DNA from: Podarcis pityusensis
Taxonomy: Eukaryota
NCBI GenBank assembly: GCA_964106645.2
Contig: OZ067043.1
Direction: 5' to 3' (one strand)
DNA: 64,000 nt
The translations under genes and the position numbers were made by a program. Each line of letters starts with the position of its first letter. The stretch's first letter is position 1. Under the pieces are notes generated by a model. That model saw only the letters and a program-made list of their open reading frames with translations, was not told the DNA's origin and did no database searches. Below, one piece after another: positions 60,502 through 64,000 of this stretch.

Positions 60502-60928
60502 TAGTCACTCTTCCAGAGAAACAACAAGCAGCCTCCTTTTAGAGCTAACAGTTCCTTGTTTCTCTTGTTGGAGAGTAGTCAAAGGATTCCATCACATCTC
60601 ATACATAGATGCAACAAAATTATCTGTGCTCACAGAGTCCAGTTAGAAGGAAGGAATGCCAAAGCAGGGAATTGTGGTGGATGTAACAGCCACCATCTGT
60701 TGATGGGTACTATGAGCTCATGGAAGCATTTACCGGTAATTGTTTCTTTCATTTAGTTTTCAATTTTTTGTTTTGCTTTTGCATTAAGGAAAGATGGTTG
60801 CACCAAGGTGGACGTGGGCTTGTGCAATACATATCAATGGGAGAGTCACAAGCTAACCCATGTCTTGTAGAGAGTCAGTTTTGCTGTCTCCACCCCCCCA
60901 TCTCATTGTTCTGTTTCAGAGGTTTATT

Positions 60929-61521
60929 TAGGCTTGCCATATTTCAAAAAGTAACATTCCTGACACCCCCAAAATTGTTGAACCTGAAATTTTTCAACTT
61001 CAACTTATTTTATTTATTTATTTATTTAATTTTTTATTTTATTTCCATTCTTTCCCACCAGGGGGAAGGGGGTGGGACTGAGGAGGTAAGTTCCTTTGGA
61101 CCTGCTCCTGAGCAAGTGGCCACAGGCTCTGTGTCCTGGAAAGGGGAGCTATTGTCCTTCTTTGAGAAGGTAACGCAGTGGCTCTCAAGGGGGGAGGACG
61201 GTGGGGGGAGGATAACCGAGTTGTCTTTATTTTCCTCTCCAGGTGGCTGGCAGGTGCGTGGGCCTGCTCTCACCCTCTTTCCACTGTCCTCCACGCTCCC
61301 CTCCTCCTCAGTTGGGGCTACAGCGCGGGGGGGGAGGTGGGGGGCACTAGTGCACTTTGGGTCTCCCACGTAAGGAGGGTGGCATTCCTTTCACTGCTCA
61401 GCAGAAAATACATACAGGAAATTTCTTACATCTCTTAAAATTCAAATTTTCCCTCAGGGCGCCATTTTAGGAGTCCAGTTTCCTGGCATGTCCGGACGTT
61501 TCTGGATGTATGGAAAGCCTA
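60929..61521. mobile_element. hAT (Tip100-like) non-autonomous element
   Basis: TIR TAGGCTTGCCATA...TATGGAAAGCCTA; flanked by GTTTATT on both sides. Confidence 0.65.
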
Positions 61522-62560
61522 GTTTATTTTCTGATGTAGCTTTCTGCTTCTTTGATAAAGAGTGCCAAAGAGGTGCAAGAAGTGCTAACAGTTCAGTCAG
61601 TAACTTCCAGGTCTGGGCAGATGCATAGGGTGGGGCTGTTGACATGGCTTGTTGTGTGCAAGAAGCCAAAGACATCTGGATGCAGTTGTTGCTCTGTCTA
61701 AAGTATCTGAAGGAACGCCTATGGAAAAAGCACAGTGCAAAAACATATGCTGTTATAAATGAAATGAATGCAGATTTGCTTCTTAAAAAAAGAACAGAAC
61801 GTAAATGCTTCGCTTGGGTTGTACAAGAGAAAGTCCCCGCCCCTTTTTTTCTTTTCTTTTTAAGAAGAGCCTAATTGCTGTATGTGAAATACTTTTAAAA
61901 AGACAGGCTCTGGATTTCTCATCAGCTATTAGGAATACCTTGTGATTCAGAAAGGCAGTTTCAAAGGTAGCTTGGGATGCCTGCTGTATGTCTGTTGTCT
62001 GTCGCTGTTTGATCCTCAGCTAAGATTTTGACAGATGTTGCCACCATCTAACTGGCTCCTTTTATCTCTCATGTATATCTAAGCATAAGCGTGCATGCAC
62101 AAACTTGGTAGCAGAACTGGTAACAGTGTCTCCCTGTCTGTATTGCTCTGGAATGTGGCGGATGGAATATTCTCCTGCCTTCTGGCTTCTCAAGTTGCAG
62201 GAGACCTTTTCACACATGACCTGTGTGTGGCAACAAGGACTGTAGGCCTTCACCTTTGGGCCCAGTCTTGAAAGTCTTATAGCTCCTCCCATTTGCCATG
62301 GCCTTGCCAGACTGCGTGTGCATGTGTGTTGGAGTTAGGATGGGACATGCAATGAATGAGGCTGGTGTGAAGGGAAAACTTAAATAAAAAGAATAGTGAC
62401 AGATGTAGAACTTAGAGTTTTGGACAGCTAAGAATGTCGTAAGCAAAATATGATTTATTTTATCCTTGTATGAACCCAATTATTATTAGCTATGCCAGAT
62501 TTTCCCAGGACACATTTAGTAGTTGCTGGGTTATTTTATCTGTCAAGACTTAAAAGAAAG

Positions 62561-63235
62561 GGGGGCCACTAGGGGGCGCATTGGAAGATGGCCGACAATA
62601 CCATCTCTCCGACCCACACGGGGTAATTAAGAGGCTGTTATGGGAGTAGGCAGCCTCCCTTGTTGCCCCAAGGAAATGGGGAACACTGCCCTTGCCTGCT
62701 GTGCCCATAAATCACCCCCTAATTCGAAAGAAGGGGGTGAGGGCCCTAGGCAGAATGCCCCCGTGTGGACCTCGGCTCTCCTGGACGCTGTCTCTGATCG
62801 CGCACTAGCTGCAGCAATTTGGAATAATTAATTACAAAAGAAGCAAATGCACATATTTCAAGTGAAGAAGGGGAGTGAAGTCTGCTAATTTAAGTGACCT
62901 CTGCGAAAGAAGACGACGGGTTGGAGAAACAGGAATATTTTACGATGAAGATACACCAAAGGCTGGGTATGTTGACAACGGGACTGAATGGGGGGGACGG
63001 ACCTTTTTTACTTTCCTTCTATGTGATTTACAAGAACCCCTCCTCATTAGAATCGTCGGTTGAACTGACCCAAGCAGAATGATTAAGGTCTGTGTGGAGA
63101 TAAACTTTAACCAAAAGTATGCTTTATGGAGATCGAGAAGCAATAAGAGCTTTTGGGAATGGCACAGCAATTAATTCGGAGTCGCCATCTTGCCAAAGGA
63201 TTTATAGCCGGGAGGAAGAACGGACTTGTTTTTAG
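62561..63235 (+). mobile_element. Probable L1/Tx1-like 5' UTR fragment
   Basis: Begins with a G-run right after TT|AAAAGAAAG; AAGATGGCCG (YY1-type) at 62585; CpG-enriched relative to flanks; no ORF and no 3' end found. Confidence 0.45.
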
Positions 63236-64000
63236 ACTGCATTCCTAGTGAATCTCCTCAGAGGTGCTGGCTATCTTCCTGGAGATCTGATGTGAGGGCA
63301 GTGGGCTTTCAGCTCTCTTTTAAGCTGCAGTTCCATGTTCCTATACTCAGCCTGTATCTGCAAATAGACACAGAAATGGCAAAAGGCCAGTTAGCACCCA
63401 GTGAGCTCCTTCTGGAGGGAACCAAACCTGAGTATGTTCTGGACCATGGAACTTCTCCAAGGAATGGGCGAATGCAACAATCTATAAAAGTAGTTGGATT
63501 TCGGCACTTTATCTCCTTGTCTTGTGCTAAAGTTACACTCTGAGGCAGGGTGGGGAAACTACTGCCGAGGCTTTTGGACCTGAGTCCCCACCATCCCTCA
63601 CCATTGGCCATGCTTCCTGGGGCTGGTGGGAGCTGGACATGTTTCCCAACCTGCTGTAGACACTGTCCTGGTATATAATAATTGGGGCTAAGGGTGCCAT
63701 TTATTCCACTCTGCTCAGGAGGATGGGGAAGTATGTCTTGGCTCTGAAGAACTGAGCCACCAAGCCTGAATGGTAAAAGAGAAATCATCACAGCTGATTT
63801 ATTTAGTTTTGCAACTCAGTGCTGAGTAGGAATTGCTCAGCAGTGAACATTATTTCCCAAGAGAGATTCACTAGGATAATGCAAAAGTAGCCTGGTTTCT
63901 ATTTTTTAAATTAAATCCCAGTAACAAATACTATTATTTAGAGAGTGGACTGGAGTGAATAAATACATGGAGTCCCATTGGAAGAGAAGAATGTTATCTT

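Noticed and set aside
40100-64000. RGL1 coding exons expected from synteny
   Set aside because: No RGL1-like peptide (REM or CDC25 domain, or SSIQDWGEE-type N-terminus) was seen on the plus strand; they probably lie beyond the window.
1-64000. CRISPR arrays, tRNA/rRNA genes, operon-like or defence systems
   Set aside because: Intron-containing vertebrate DNA with no regularly spaced repeat-spacer array; the only clear Pol III A/B boxes belong to a SINE head; all RT ORFs are LINE-derived.

Overview
Vertebrate nuclear DNA, most likely a lacertid lizard (inferred from the repeat content: a full Sauria/POM-type SINE plus young CR1, L2, hAT and Tc1/mariner-type elements). It is the conserved amniote NCF2-ARPC5-APOBEC4 block. 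Three complete protein-coding genes were assembled by hand, all on the minus strand: NCF2/p67phox (15 coding exons, 21842->1316, 515 aa), ARPC5 (4 coding exons, 39528->32909, 151 aa, intron 1 is a U12-type AT-AC intron) and APOBEC4 (one coding exon, 43402->42353, 349 aa). A CpG island at ~39.0-40.2 kb looks like a bidirectional promoter. By human synteny its plus-strand partner would be RGL1, and SMG7 would end at the left edge, but no coding exon of either was found. Most remaining sequence is intronic or intergenic and rich in transposable elements. I see no evidence of a new multi-gene system. The most unusual objects are: a 2.15-kb RT-less insertion with a 17-bp target-site duplication (TSD) and L1-type hallmarks; a three-level nested CR1 forming a near-perfect inverted repeat with reciprocal deletions; an in-frame CR1-L2 chimeric RT ORF inside NCF2; and an L1-like 5' fragment carrying adjacent CTCF and YY1 motifs.
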